This document shows positions 39,079 to 53,250 of a stretch of 64,000 nucleotides of DNA, one piece after another. The translations under genes were made by a program, and so were the position numbers. The DNA comes from Octopus vulgaris (taxonomy: Eukaryota): assembly GCA_951406725.2 (NCBI GenBank), contig OX597816.1, positions 167,834,001 through 167,898,000 of the forward strand, given 5' to 3'. Every line of letters begins with the position of its first letter. Within the stretch, counting starts at the first letter, position 1. The notes beneath the pieces are model-generated. The model was given only the letters and a program-made list of their open reading frames with translations, was not told where the DNA came from and searched no databases.

Positions 39079-40499
39079 CATCATTTAATATCTGTTGTCA
39101 ATGCTGGCATGGGTTGGACGGTTTGACTAGAGCTGGGGAATTGGTTGGTCTGGGGCTATAGAAGAAAACACTCACTGAAGTGGGACTGAACATGGAACCA
39201 TGTAGTTGGGAAGCAAGCTTCTTACCACACAGCCACACCTGGTCCCGTCAATACGTAAATGTCTAGAGATATTATAGTAAATCTTTATTTAATTGAAAAA
39301 ACTCCAATCAAAAAATAGAGGCAGTCTACTCAATGAAAATGTATCCGTGAAAGGATTAAAATTGCTATCTATAAGAGCATCTCTGTTACATATTCTCAAG
39401 GTAGACAAAAATTTATGAATCAAGGCAGCAGAGGGTAGGTAGATTGGTGAGGGAAGGTTGGTGGGTTTGTGTTTTTGTTGTTGATAACTTCAAAACAAAA
39501 ACGAACCAAAACAACACTGAATTATCCACAAATCTCTGATCTATGATGAAATGCTTTATGTAAAGGTCGCTTGGACATTGTTTTGTGTATCAATGTAAAG
39601 AATTCTTGCATTCTATTCTTTCTTTTTTTTTTGACGTAATACTTTTGTTTATACATTTAAATATATTTGAATTTGTGTTTTTATTTAATTTGTTGAATCG
39701 ACTGGAGCAATGTAGAATTGTTTTGTTCAAGAACACAACTTGCGCTGCTGGTCTGGGAAGTGAAACCACAATCTTGTGATTACAAGTGCAACATGCCTTA
39801 ACACTAGTCCACATGCCTTCATACACACACACACACATATAAATGTATGTGAGTATGTATGTCCATACATGCTTGACAATTGTTGGTGGTGGAGGTGTTG
39901 GAGAATGGGATGACTAGGGTTGACTTCTTATGATGGATCAAATATACTATTTGTACACCATTGATCATCATCATCATCATTGTTTAACGTCTGCTTTCCA
40001 TGCTAGCATGGGTTGGACAATTTGACTGAGGACTGGTGAACCAGATGGCTGTGCCAGGCTCCAATCTGATCTGGCAGAGTTTCTACAGCTGGATGCCCTT
40101 CCTAATGCCAACCACTCTGAGAGTGTAGTGGGTGCTTTAACGTGCCACCGGCACGAGGGCCAGTCTGGCGGTACTGGCCATGGCCATGCTTGAAAATGGT
40201 GTTTTTTACGTACCACCTGCACAGGAGTCAGTCCAGTGGCACTGGCAATGACCTCGCCCGAATGTTTTGTTCACATGCCATCGGCACAAGTGCCAGTAGG
40301 GCAACGCTGGTAATGATCACTCTCAAATGGTGCTTTTTATGTGCCCACCAGCATGGAAGCCAGACAGCTGCTCTGGAATTGATCCCGCTTGAATGGAGCT
40401 GTTAGCGCTCCACTGGCACGGGTGCCAGTCATCGAATTTGGTTCAATTTTTTTTTTTTTTTTTTTGTCAAGCAAAATGTGATATCTATGACTGCTTTTG

Positions 40500-42050
40500 C
40501 TTCTTCAACTGTTTTCATTGTGAGTTCTGAATGTTGTGGAGGTGTTGTATATAACTCCTGGCATTTTTTGTCTTCTGTATATGTGTGTGTGTGTGTTGTG
40601 ATGGTTGGTTGTATTTGATATTCTCTGATGCTACTGGTAAGAAAGGAGGCAGGATTTTGAATATGTTTCTCTGTTCAGAGAGTTGTGGGGGAGACATGCG
40701 TATGATATGATGTGCATATGAGGCTGTGTGTACATTCGGTAAAGGTGCTGCTGCAAGTTCGTTTAGGGGTAGTTTAAAAAGGGTAGGTAAGAGGATGGGT
40801 CCTTGGTACTACTGTTGAGGAAATTATACAAATTCTGGAAGTGTTGCTTTTGTACTACATAGGTTTGGCTTTCTTTCTTTTGCGCCCTTTTCAAGCCTAG
40901 CCAGGCTTATGGGCCCGGTTTCATGGTTTCTATGGCATATGTGTTCTCCCCAGCTGGACGGGATGCTAGTCCATTGCAGTGTTACTCAAGAAACAGGAAG
41001 AAAGAGTGAGAGAAAGTTGGGGCAAAAGAGTACAACAGGGGTCGCCATCACCCCCTGCCGGAGCCTCTTGGAGCTTTAGCTGTTTTCACTCAATAAACAC
41101 ACACAACGCCTGGTCTGGGAATCGAAACCACAATCCTCCAACTGCGAGTCTGTTGCCCTAACCACTGGGCCATTGCACCTCCACAAATAAATGCGCCCTT
41201 TTAAAGCCTAGCCAGGCTCATGGGCCCGGTTTCCCAGTTTCAATGGCATATGTGTTCCCCAGCTGGATGGGATGCCAGTCCATCGCAGCGTTACTCATTT
41301 TTGCCAGCTGAGTGGACTGGAGCAACGTGAAATGAAGTGTTTTGCTCAAGAACACAATGTGTTGCCCAGTCCAGGAATCGAAAGCACAATCTTACAATCA
41401 TGATGCTGACACCCTAACCACTAAGCCACGCACCTCCACTAAAAGTAAATGCATCCTTTTAAAGCCTAGCCAGGCTCATGGGCCTGGTTTCTCGGTTTCG
41501 ATGGCATGTGTGTTCCCCAGCTGGATGGGACGCCAGTCCATCGCACCGTTACTCATTTTTGCCAGCTAAGTGAACTGGAGCAACGTGAAATGAAGTGTTT
41601 TGCTCAAGAACACGTGTTGCCCGATCCAGGAATCGAAACCACAATCTTACGATCATGATGCTGACACCCTAACCACTAAGCCACGCATCTCCACACATAG
41701 GCTTGGCTACCAGACAGTTAGTTTACTTGTCAGTATTTTCTGTTTCTAATTAATGTATTCAGCATTAAATGGTATATAGACGGATACAAGGGAATAATTC
41801 CATAAGCTCTGCTGATAGCGAAGGTCATTAGAATGATGCTTGTGAGGTTTTTTGCTTGGATTTTAGAATCATAAAAATATTGCCCTGTTTCCAGTTTCTT
41901 CGGTTTCATAAACATTTTAGATGGTAGGATGGTCTTTGAAATAAATTCTTACTGTTTTTTGTTGTAAATTGGTTGACCTTGAGGCATCTCTGTTACAAGC
42001 TTGGTACGTATCTACTATGTAGTTGAACAAATAAGAACTAGTCTTCCTTT
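40500..42050 (-). mobile_element. Highly decayed Penelope-like RT fragment split by a SINE cluster (40880-41695)
   Basis: MKPKKLETGQYFYDS...SIILMTFAISRAY resembles PLE YRKPT.TGQYL...S; LPPFLPVASENIK resembles the downstream IPY...SE.I linker. Confidence 0.45.
40880..41695 (-). mobile_element. Three tandem family D-type SINEs
   Basis: Three units beginning GCGCCCTTTT.AAGCCTAGCCAGGCTCATGGGCC and ending in reverse tRNA heads (CCCTAACCACT.GGCCA..GCACCTCCAC). Confidence 0.8.
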
Positions 42051-42320
42051 ATGAGGGAATGTTTGACACTAGAAATGTTGCCCAGCTGTAAAGACAGATG
42101 ATGATTTACTTAAAAATTCATGCTAGCATGAGCAATTAGTTGTAAAAATATACTAAAAAAAAAAACAAAAAAGAAAAAAGAGTAAAAGCTGCATCTCTTT
42201 GTCTGACTGGCAGATTGAGTCTCTCATTTTCTCTCACTCTCTCTTGCGTACTGTCTTGCTCCTGTCCCTTATAAGGAGCTATACATTGTAACTTCTTCCC
42301 TTAGCAAATAATGACAATAT

Positions 42321-42760
42321 AGGCGCAGGAGTGGCTGTAATAGGCGTAAGAGTGGCTGTGTGGTTAAGTAGCTTGTTTACCAACCACATGGTTCTGGGTT
42401 CAGTCCCACTGCGTGGCACCTTGGGCAAGTGTCTTCTCCTATAGCCTCGGGCCGACCAAAGCCTTGTGAGTGGATTTGGTAGACGGAAACTGAAAGAAGC
42501 CCGTCGTATATATGTATATATATATATATGTTTGTGTGTGTGTGTGTTTGTGTCTCTGTATTTGTCCCCCTAGCATTGCTTGACAACCGATGCTGGTGTG
42601 TTTATGTCCCTGTCACTTAGCAGTTCGGCAAAAAGAGACCGATAGAATAAGTACTGGGCTTACAAAAAGAATAAGTCCCGGAGTCGAGTTGCTCGACTAA
42701 AGGCGGTGCTCCAGCATGGCCGCAGTCAAATGACTGAAACAAATAAAAGAGTAAAAGAGC
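42321..42760 (+). mobile_element. SINE family A flanked by ~145 bp direct repeats
   Basis: Flanks 42177-42320 and 42761-42906 are diverged copies of each other. Confidence 0.85.
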
Positions 42761-45358
42761 AAAGAGTAAAAGATGCATCTCTGTGTCTGACTGGCAGATT
42801 GAGTCTCTCATTTTCTCTCACTATCTCTCTCGCATACTGTTTCACTCCTGTCCCTTATAAGGAGCTATACATTGTAACTTCTGCTCTTAGCAAATAATGA
42901 CAATATGGCCACTAGAGAGGGTTTCGAAAAATGAAACTAACGGACTAACAAAACAAGACAAAGCAATGTATTTTAAATCTGATCCCAAGCAGCTCTTAGC
43001 TTAAGTATGAATGCCAGATAACCTTCTTCCTGGCAATATCAGTTACCTTTATTTATTTTGTGTGGATGTGTTTGTAATTAAATAGTTTACTCTGTACCCC
43101 CTTCACCTTCATGCTACTACCATCACTTCACCCTCCTACAAAGAAAGAGAGAGACAGAGAGAGAGAGAGGGAGGGAGGCTGTAGGTATGGAGAGAACAGC
43201 AAAATAAGGACAAAATATTAATAATGCTAAGTATTTGTTTCTGTTTGGGTCAGTGATATCTTATCAGTGTTTGCTTTTGTTAAGGTAATCTCTGCTACAG
43301 CTTACTTGTATGATGTCCTTGAGCAAATTCCATTCGCTTGGTGATAACTGGTGAATTTATTGAAAAAATTGTAGCAATAAACTGGGATTGATGTCTAAAA
43401 AAAGATGTGTTATAAATTTTTTTGCGGGCATGCATGAAAGTGGAGGGAGGCAGTACCCATGGCTATTTACAGGGCTTCTGAGACTGATTGGAGAGAAGGA
43501 GTATCATCTGAATGTGAAGCACCATCCAAACATGGCTGATGCCAGTGCCGCCTGACTGGCATCTGTGTCAGTGACACGTAAAAAAGCACCAAGCGATCAT
43601 GGCCGTTTGCCAGCCTCCTCTGGCCCCCCCCCGTGTCGGTGGCACGTAAAAAGCACCCACTACACCCACGGAGTGGTTGGCATTAGGAAGAGCATCCAGC
43701 TGTAGAAACACTGCCAGATCAGACTGGAGCCTGGCGCAGCCTCCTCGCTTCCCAGGCCCCGGTTGAACCGTCCAACTCATTCTAGCATGGAAAACGGACG
43801 TTAAACGATGATGAGATATTTTTGAACTAGTACCCTAGCCTAAATTCTCAAAACAAAGTGTATTCACACTAAAGGCACCCAAGGACCAAGTGAACAGTGT
43901 TGATTAACTGTGTAATGGATTAAACCTTTATTCCGACCTTAATATTCCACCTGTTTTATGTCCAATCTAATTAGATCAGGCCTCTCACACCTATACTACA
44001 ATGTCATTCTAAAAATAAACAATTCGTAGGCGTAGGATTGGGTGCTTGGTAAGTAGCTTGCCTACCAACCACATGGTTCCGGGTTCATTCCCACTGCGTG
44101 GCACCTTGGGCAAGTGTCTTCTACTATAGCCTCGGGCCGACAAAGCCTTGTGAGTGGATTTGAAAGAAGCCCGTCGTATATATGTATATATATGTGTGTG
44201 TGTGTGTTTGTTCCCCCATCATCGCTTGACAACTGATGCTGGTGAGTTTGTGTCCCCGTAACTTAGCGGTTTGGCAAATGAGACCGATAGAATAAGTACT
44301 AGGCTTACAAAGAATAAGTCCTGGGGTCGATTTGCTCAATTAAAGGCAGTGCTCCAGCATAGCCACAGTCAAATGACTGAAACAAGTAGAAGAGAGAATC
44401 TCATCATTGAAATCTCAAATCAACTAGATAATGTTTAATTAATTTAAAACAATGTGAATAAATAAGGATTATTTCATCTGACAAAGAAATCTGAATGTTT
44501 AAGGGTTAAGTTAGTCATGGGCAACTTGCGGCCAGCCTGCAGTGTTTGCTGCATGGCACAACTAACGAAAAATTACCTTCAGTTTTTTTCTCTCTTTTAG
44601 TTGTGTGACCTGCCTGATAATGAACTCTATCTCATGCACACGTGGCTTCCTTTTTAACCCTTTAGCATTAACAAACAAGATGAGGACAAATATCCGTCGA
44701 ATGTAAATAATGTACATAATTCCTCATCTCTTAAATATAGAACTGAAATAAACACTACAAAGTATTTTGTGTATGTGTTGTGTGTGTATGAGTGGTTGTT
44801 TTTTTTCCCCCATACTTGTGTAGGTGGGATATTTTTTTTAGTATATTTTGTTTGGGCAGTTATGTTTTGTTTTCTTCTTTACACAATTGTTAGGCACTTG
44901 ACCATTAATTAGGTAGTGGAATAATTATTTTGTTCAAACTAATCTGAAGTAGACCAACATGCTAACTTTGTGCTCAGCTTAGTTTTTGTGGTAACTCTGA
45001 CTAAAGGGCAGGTAGTTCACAGCAACCAGGTTCAGTGGTGTTAGTGCAGTTCAGTCTGTTGTTTTGGTTCCGCTTCCATACCTACCCACATCATCATCAT
45101 CATTAACTTTTCCTCAATTGGTGCAGGTGTGGCTGTAGGTTAGAAATTTGTTTCCAAACAATATGGTTCTGGGTTCAGTCCCACTGTGTGGAACTTTGGG
45201 CAAGTGTCTTCTACGGTGTCTCTGGGCTGACTGAAGTTTTGTGAGTGGATTTGGTAGACAAAAGCTGAAACTAGCCTATCGTGCACATTATCTGTCTGTC
45301 TGTCTGTCTGTCTGCCTGCCTGCCTTGTTCTCTATCTATCTATCTATTGATCGATCTA

Positions 45359-45389
<31 letters not shown>

Positions 45390-45889
45390 TGCTCTCTGTC
45401 TGTCTGCCTGCCTGCCTGCCTATGTATGTGTGTATGTATGTTTGTGTGTCTGTGTTTGTCTCTCCACCATCACTTGACAATCAATGTTGGTGTGTTTACG
45501 TCCCCGTAACTTAGCGGTTCGGCAAAAGAAAACAATAGAATAAGTACTAGGCTTACAAAGAATAAGTCCTGGGATCGATTTGATCGACTAAAGGCAGTGT
45601 CCCCCCCACTATCACTTGATAATCTATGTTGGTGTGTTTACATCCCCGTAACTTAGCAGTTCAGCAAAAGAAAGAGCTAGAATAAGTACTAGGCTTACAA
45701 AGAATAAGTCCTGTGGTCAATTTGTTTGACTAAAAGCAGTGCTCCAGCATGGCCACAGTCAAATGACTGAAACAAGTAAAAGAAAATGATTTTTACAGAA
45801 TCTGTTTCATTATTAATGTGAAGAAAGTATAGAAAGTCTACTAGTATGGAAACATTGGAAAGTGTTTTATTCACAAGATGTATGTACTT

Positions 45890-46360
45890 CAATACCAACC
45901 CACCTGAAACTGCCTCTGGCTCTGTAGTATAAATGTCTTGTTTTCATAAGTCCCGAATTAAAATCTTGCACCAAACTTTAGTCACAATTTATGTTCCTAA
46001 CGCTAACTAAATGATAACTAAGTTATTTTACTAAATTCTTTGTTATATTTAAAATGAATTGAAAGAAACAGAATATCTCAACAGAAATATGGTAACAAAA
46101 GGGTTAAAATATATAATAGAGAAACAATTCTTAACCCTTTTGATACCAACCCAACTGAAACTGCTTCTGGCTCTGTAGTACAAATGTCTCGTTTTCATAA
46201 GTTTTGAATTAAAATCTTCCACCAAACCCTTGTCACAATTTATGTTTCTAACACTAGCTTAATGTTAACTAAATTATTTTACTAAATTCTTTGTTACATT
46301 TAAAATGAATTGAAAGAAACATAGAGCATCTCAAAAGAAGTATGGTAACAAAAGGGTTAA
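45890..46360. mobile_element. Dimer of the TTAA MITE with the same spacer as the 15.1-16.1 kb array
   Basis: GGGTTAAAATATATAATAGAGAAACAATTCTTAACCC junction. Confidence 0.82.
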
Positions 46361-46462
46361 AATCTGATTTTCACATTATGAAGTTGATAGCATCTTGTAT
46401 GATCAGGATTAAGTCTTTGAAGCCACTATTTGCTTAAGTGTTGTTGTAATATAGAGCTACAC

Positions 46463-47246
46463 TTTTTACTCTTTTACTTGTTTCAGTCATTTGACTGCGG
46501 CCATGCTGGAGCACCGCCTTTAGTCGAGCAAATCGACCCTGGGACTTATTCTTTGTAAGCCCAGTACTTATTCTATCGGTCTCTTTTGCCGAACCACTAA
46601 GTGACGGGGACGTAAACACACCAGCATCGGTTGTCAAGCAATGCTAGGGGGACAAACACAGACACGCAAACACACACACACACATACATACATATATACG
46701 ACAGGCTTATCTCAGTTTCCGTCTACCAAATCCACTCACAAGGCATTGGTCAGCCCGGGGCTATAGCAGAAGACACTTGCCCAAGATGCCACGCAGTGGG
46801 ACTGAACCCGGAACCATGTGGCTGGTTAGCAAGCTACTTACCACACAGCCACTCCTGCGCCTGTTGAAGATCTATTTTTTTATAATGGTGGAGAGATCTG
46901 CTGATATTGTTGACTAGATGTTTTCAAAAAAAAAAAACTATGAACAGGGGATTACATTCTATGTTAATGTAGGTCTTGTTCCATGGATTTGTTTCTTCAA
47001 TGCTGTAATTATTTTGTCAGAGATACTGCCTTTCATTTTCACTTTCTCTTTTAACCCTTTATCATTTGAACCAGACATATCATAGGCGCAGGAGTGGCTG
47101 TGTGGTAAGTAGCTTGCTAACCAACCACATGGTTCCGGGTTCAGTCCCACTGCGTGGCATCTTGGGCAAGTGTCTTCTGCTATAGCCCCGGGCCGACCAA
47201 TGCCTTGTGAGTGGATTTGGTAGACGGAAACTGAAAGAAGCCTGTC

Positions 47247-47296
<50 letters not shown>

Positions 47297-47467
47297 TTGT
47301 GTGTGTCCCCCTAGCATTGCTTGACAACCAATGCTGGTGTGTTTACGTCCCCGTCACTTAGTACTAGGCTTACAAAGAATAAGTCTCGGGGTCGATTTGC
47401 TCGACTAAAGGTGGTGCTCCAGCATGGCCACAGTCAAATGACTGAAACAAGTAAAAGAGTAAAAGAG
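46463..47467. mobile_element. Divergent pair of young family A SINEs (46463-46862 minus, 47084-47467 plus)
   Basis: Two near-consensus copies in opposite orientation about 220 bp apart. Confidence 0.85.
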
Positions 47468-48689
47468 TATATCTGGCTAAAATATTCTACCTGTTATATG
47501 TTCAAACTGATTAGATCTAGCCTCTTACATGTACTCTAAAATGTCATTTTAAAAATTAACCAACGTCGCCTTACTGGCATGTGTAAAAAGATTCGAGCGA
47601 GGTCATTGCCAGTACCGCCTGGCATGTAAAAGCATCCACTACACTCTCGGAGTGGTTGGCGTTAGGAAGGGCATCCAGCTGTAGAAACTCTGCCAGATCA
47701 AGATTGGAGCCTGGTGTGGCCGTCTGGTTCACCAGCCCTCAGTCAAAATCGTCCAACCCATGCTAGCATGGAAAGCGGATGTTAAACAATGATGATGATG
47801 ATCTCAAAGCTATGAGCTTAAGCACGGTGAATTCTAAATACTGTGAATGGATGAACATTAGATTCAACAGAATAATGTGAATACTAAAGGGTTAATTGTG
47901 AATAAACAAATAGTTTGTCTGCAACAAGAATCTGCTCTTCCCCAGGCTTTTCTCTCACACCCTGTTCCACATTTAATGTAAGGACTCACCACATGTTCTT
48001 GGGTTTTTTAAAGTATTGTAAGTTATATGGTGACTTCATTAGTGCTGGTGGCATGGAAAAAAAAAAGGATACAGTACATACTGTAAAGTGGTTGGCCTTG
48101 GGAAGGATATCCAGTCATAGAAACCATTCCAAAACAGACCTTGGAACACAATGTAGTACTTAGACCCACTGAATCCTTGTCAAACTGTCCAATCCTTGCC
48201 AGCATGGAACATCATCATCATCGTTTAATATCCGTTTTCCGCGCTAGCACGGGTTGGACGGTTCAACCGGGGTCTGGGAAGCCAGGGGCTGCACCAGGCT
48301 TCAGTCTGATCTGGCAGTGTTTCTACAGCTGGATGCCCTTTCTAACGCTAACCACTCCACGAGTGTAGTGGGTGCTTTTTACGTGCCAGGGGAGTCTGGC
48401 ATTGGCCACAATCGGTTGGTGCTTTTAACGTGCCACCGGCACGGAAGCCAGCCAAGGCAGCGCTGGCATCGGCCACGTTCAGATGGTGCTTTTTATGTGC
48501 CACCGGCACAGAAGGCCAGTCGAGGTGGTGCTGGCATCGGCCACGTTCGGATGGTGATGGTTGTTAAATGCTGTTATGAGGCCATTGTATATTGCTTATT
48601 TCAAAATTACATCAATTTAATTAACATGCTTATTTTTTTGTTTTTTTTTGTCTTTTAAATCTTTCTGTTTTTAATTTCTTCTTCTTCAG

Positions 48690-49268
48690 GTTGCTGAGCT
48701 GAAGCGTGTGAACCATCTTATTCGTGACCAGGATCTCTTTGGAAGAAAATTAGTTAAAGTCCCTATCAGAAAATATGGCCATATCACTGAGGTCCACAGT
48801 GACTTACTGATCACAGATTCAAACACATTAGACTCGACAACACACAATGCCCCAACGGGCCTCGTCGACTGCTCCGACGAGATGACACCAGGAGCATCGA
48901 ACAGTGTAGACAATGAGAGTTGCAATCTCAGTGATCCGGACATGCAACGTAAGATAATTCAGAGCCTTAGCATCAAAGACATGATACACCCACAGACAAA
49001 AGCGGCTGAAGAATTCCTACGTAGCATGGACCGTGACTTGGAAGTGATCCGGAACTCAACGAAGACAAGCTGTCAGTCTCTGAACGAGGTGATATCCGTT
49101 TTGACCAACAAGTCAATCCAGCCCCTTCAGAAGCCTAATAACATGTGGAGTTGTTCAGAAGAAGGCTGTGGACTTCGCTACAAAACTATAGTTGCTGCTG
49201 TTGTATTCATAGGAATAGTCGTTCCTATTTTTATAATTATATATTTTAAATATCATAAACCTGACTAA
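48690..49268 (+). CDS. LYSMD3: Terminal coding exon of a LysM and putative peptidoglycan-binding domain-containing protein 3/4-like gene
   Basis: Polypyrimidine tract plus CAG acceptor ending at 48689, phase 0. VAELKRVNHLIRDQDLFGRKLVKVPI matches the second half of the LYSMD3 LysM domain (VADIKRVNNLISDQDFF..IKIP). Also AEEFLRSMDRDLEVIR and a C-terminal TM helix IVAAVVFIGIVVPIFIIIYF; TAA at 49266-49268. Confidence 0.9.
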   Translation, partial: VAELKRVNHLIRDQDLFGRKLVKVPIRKYGHITEVHSDLLITDSNTLDSTTHNAPTGLVDCSDEMTPGASNSVDNESCNLSDPDMQRKIIQSLSIKDMIHPQTKAAEEFLRSMDRDLEVIRNSTKTSCQSLNEVISVLTNKSIQPLQKPNNMWSCSEEGCGLRYKTIVAAVVFIGIVVPIFIIIYFKYHKPD

Positions 49269-50114
49269 ACTTTCTTATCTTGTTATGTCATCATCATCAT
49301 AATCATTGTAATGATAATAAGAATCATCATCACCATCTTTGTTGTTGTTGTTGTTCCCTCTACAACTACTAATAACATTTCTGTTAATTACAATCTTTGT
49401 TTTCTTCATCATAATCATCAACATTATCATTTTCATTAATATTTTTTTAACATTTCACCTCATCAATATCATCTCCATTATAAACATTATTTAATTCATT
49501 CTCTAACCCCCCACCTTTCTCTCTCTCTCTTTCTTTCTCTCTCTCTCTCTCCTACAGCTTTTGGGTTACTTGTATAATATACATACACATACACAAAAAA
49601 ACCAAATAAAATCCCAAAGACAATAAAAACATGACAAAAAAAGCCACAAAAAATATGTAAAAAAAAAGTAATGGGTTTGTAATTGAAGGGAAGAACTAAA
49701 TGAATAAGAAAAATGGAATTTTTTTTTGTGTGTTTTCCCAGAGTACTGAGTCCTTCCATAATTCTCTCCTTTCTGGTTCGTGAATTCTCCAAGAATCTCC
49801 CATTTTAGTTCTGTTAAACTGCTCGACTTTTATAATCTGATTACTGCTGAAACTTATTGCCAAATATAGTTTATACATATATAAGGTTGAAATACTAATT
49901 ATTCACACATATACACATGCATATACATACATGCACATAAACATTACATATGTATTGTGTATATTCACAATACATATATATTGATATATATTAAATATAT
50001 AATGTATATTTATGTATGGGGAAAAATTAGTGTATGTATGTGTGTATGTAATATATATAAATAAAACAATGTGTATGTGTGTATATGTATATATGTATGT
50101 ATGTATGTATATAT

Positions 50115-50330
50115 AAGGGGATGCTGAAAAGTTCCTGGTTTTTAGGGGTATCGTGAAAGTTTGAAGGCCTAAACTTCCAAGTTCTTTTACTGGGCTTAGA
50201 AAAACTGAAGGATCTCTGCAATAAATGTGTGAATCGGAGAGGGGAATATGCTGAATAAAATTATAATTAACTGATCCTCATGTATTTCCTTTTTTAATCC
50301 ACAACCGGGAACTTTTCCGCATTCCCTTTT
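50115..50330. mobile_element. Mariner-type MITE
   Basis: TA-flanked TIRs AGGGGATGCTGAAAAGTTCCTGGTT / AACCGGGAACTTTTCCGCATTCCCT. Confidence 0.72.
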
Positions 50331-50736
50331 ATATAATTTAAACTATAAGTATATCAAACATCAAACAACATAAATTCTTGATCACACACAAACACATATG
50401 CATATATCTATGTATTAGATATATACAAGAGTGGCAGAAACGTTAGCACACCGGGCGAAATGCGTAGCCGTATTTGGTCTTGCCGTTACGTTCTGAGTTC
50501 AAATTCCACCGAGGTCGACTTTGCCTTTCATCCTTTCGGGGTCGATAAATTAAGTACCAGTTACGCACTGGGGTTGATGTAATCGACTTAATCCGTTTGT
50601 CTGTCCTTGTGTGTCCCCTCTGTGTTTAGCCCATTGTGGGTAGTAAAGAAATAGGTTAGTTGTCTTTATGAAGCTGTACGTGTGTTCAAGTCTAATATTA
50701 CATTGCTATGTATGTGTATATTACCCGTTCTAATAT

Positions 50737-50774
<38 letters not shown>

Positions 50775-51194
50775 ATACTTGTGTTTTCGTGTAATGTAAA
50801 TCTCTGTTATGTGAACGTGTGTATGATAAATATGTTTATGTTAACACAGTTCTATATACTTGTCTTGTATTTTAAGGAATCAGTCTTTAACACAAATGGG
50901 AGCTTAACATATGAGAGAAATAAACATTTGCAAACACTTCATTTTTTCAGATAATTGAGGTCGTCTTTTATCTTTTGTTTTATTTGTTGACATGTGGCCA
51001 TGCTGGGGCACTGCCATGAAGGGTCTTGTCAAACAAATTGACCTTAAGCGCAGGAGTGGCTGTGTGGTAAGTAGCTTGTTTACCAACCAAGTGTCTTCTA
51101 CTACATTGGGCAAGTGTCTTCTACTATAGCCTCGGGCCAACCAAAGCCTTGTGAGTGGATTTGGTAGACGGAAACTGAAAAGAAGCCTGTCATA

Positions 51195-51248
<54 letters not shown>

Positions 51249-52497
51249 TGTGTGTGTTTGTGTGTCTGTGTTTGTCCCCCTAGCATTGCTTGACAACCGA
51301 TGCTGGTGTGTTTATGTCCCCGTTGCTTGATTAAAGGCAGTGCTCCAGCATGGCCGCAGTCAAATGACTGAAACAAGTAAAAGAGTAAAGAGAAAGAGTT
51401 AGTGATTGCTTTTAAGCTTGGTTCTTATTATATCGATGTCTTTTGCTTGACTGCTAATTTACAAGGATGTAAACAAACCAACACTAGTTGTCAAGCAGTG
51501 ATGGGGACAAACAGACACACACACATATACATACACATACATATATACATATCGTGCTGGTGGATGCAATAAGCACCATTCATGCGTGGACCAATGCCGC
51601 CTGACTGGCTTCCCATGCTGGTGGCGCGTAAAAAGCACCACCCGGATGTGGTCGATGCCAGTCCCCCTGTCCCGAGTGGCTCCTGTGCCTAGTGGCATGT
51701 AAAAAGCACCATCCAAACGTGGTTGATGCCAGTGCCGCCTGACTGTCTCCCATGCCAGTTGCATGAAAAAAGCACCCATTACACTCTTAGAGTGGTTGGC
51801 CTCCAGCTGTAGAAACCTCGCCAGATCAGATTGAGCCTGGTACAGCCTCCTGGCTTGCCAGTCCCCAGTCAAACCGTCTAAACCATGCCAGTATGGAAAA
51901 CGGATGTTAAACATTGATGATATATATATATATTACGGAGATGTACTCGCATAGCAAGTAATTTGATCTGAGATCGTGTGCTGAAACGAAAACAATTGCA
52001 GCGTGGAAGGTGTTTATAAGCCATTTAAGAAACACACAAAAGCCGTTCGATTCACTTCAACATTTAAGTTTAATTTGTTGATATATATATATATATATGG
52101 GCGCAGGAGTGGCTGTGTGGTAAGTAGCTTGCTAACCAACCACATGGTTCCGAGTTCAGTCCCACTGCATGGCATCTTGGGCAAGTGTCTTCTGCTATAG
52201 CCCCGGGTGGATTTGGTAGCCGGAAACTGAAAGAAGCCTGTCGTATATATGTGTATACATATATATATATATGTATGTGTGTTTGTGTTTGTCCCCCTAG
52301 CATTGCGACTGATGCTGGTGTGTTTACGTCCCTGTCACTTTGCGGTTTGGCAAAAGAGACCGATAGAATAAGTTCTGGGGCTGATTTGCTCGACTAAAGG
52401 CGGTGCTCCAGCATGGCCACAGTCAAATAACTGAAACAAGTAAAAAAGAGGAAAAAAGAGAAAATGTATATCCCTCTCTCTCTTAGTTATATATATA

Positions 52498-53250
52498 TAC
52501 AGGGTTGGCCAAAAGTAAATCAAAACCCTTTTAATTCCAAGATTAAAAAAAATTAATTTTATATGGGGCTTTGCTAATAAATAGACAAATCATCATCATC
52601 ATCATCATCGTTTAGCGTCCGTTTTCCATGCTAGCATGGGTTGGACGGTTCTACTGGGGTCTGTGAAGCCAGAAGGCTTCATCAGGCCCAGTCAAATCTG
52701 GCAGTGTTTCTACGGCTGGATGCCCTTCCTAACGCCAACCACTCCGTGAGTGTAGTGGGTGCTTTTTACGTGCCACCCGCACTGGTGCCAGACAGAGCTG
52801 GCAAACGGCCACGAACGGATGGTGCTTTTTATGTGCCACCGGCACGAGGGCCAGGCGAGGCTGGCAACGGACACGAAACGGGGCGGTGCTGGCAACGGTC
52901 GCGAAACGGAAAGTTCTCTTACATGCCACCGGCACTGGTAACACATCTGCAATTTCCATTGATCGATTTCCATTGATCGATTTCGATTCTGATCCTCACT
53001 TGCCTCAACGGGTCTTCACAAGCAGAGTTTTGACATGCCACCGGCACTGGTAGCACATCCGCAATTTCCATTGATCGATTTCGATTCTGATCCTCACTTG
53101 CCTCAACAAATGTTTAAAAAAAACCCAGTGATTTTTAACTCACAGCAATCAATTATTAAATATTCATAATTGGAATGAATAAATAAAATTGAATATTAAA
53201 TATTTATGGAACTTTGTTTTACTGTCAAGTGACTCTTGGCCAATCTTGTA
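52498..53250. mobile_element. Tc1-like MITE interrupted by a family C insertion (52590-53107)
   Basis: TA-CAGGGTTGGCCAAAAGT ... ACTCTTGGCCAATCTTG-TA termini. Confidence 0.55.

Noticed and set aside
48686-48943. 85-aa minus-strand ORF
   Set aside because: Antisense shadow of the LYSMD3 exon.
48708-49268. ORF-track start at GTG 48708 as an intronless gene
   Set aside because: Homology and the open frame extend to a canonical splice acceptor at 48689, and the LysM N-terminal half is missing.
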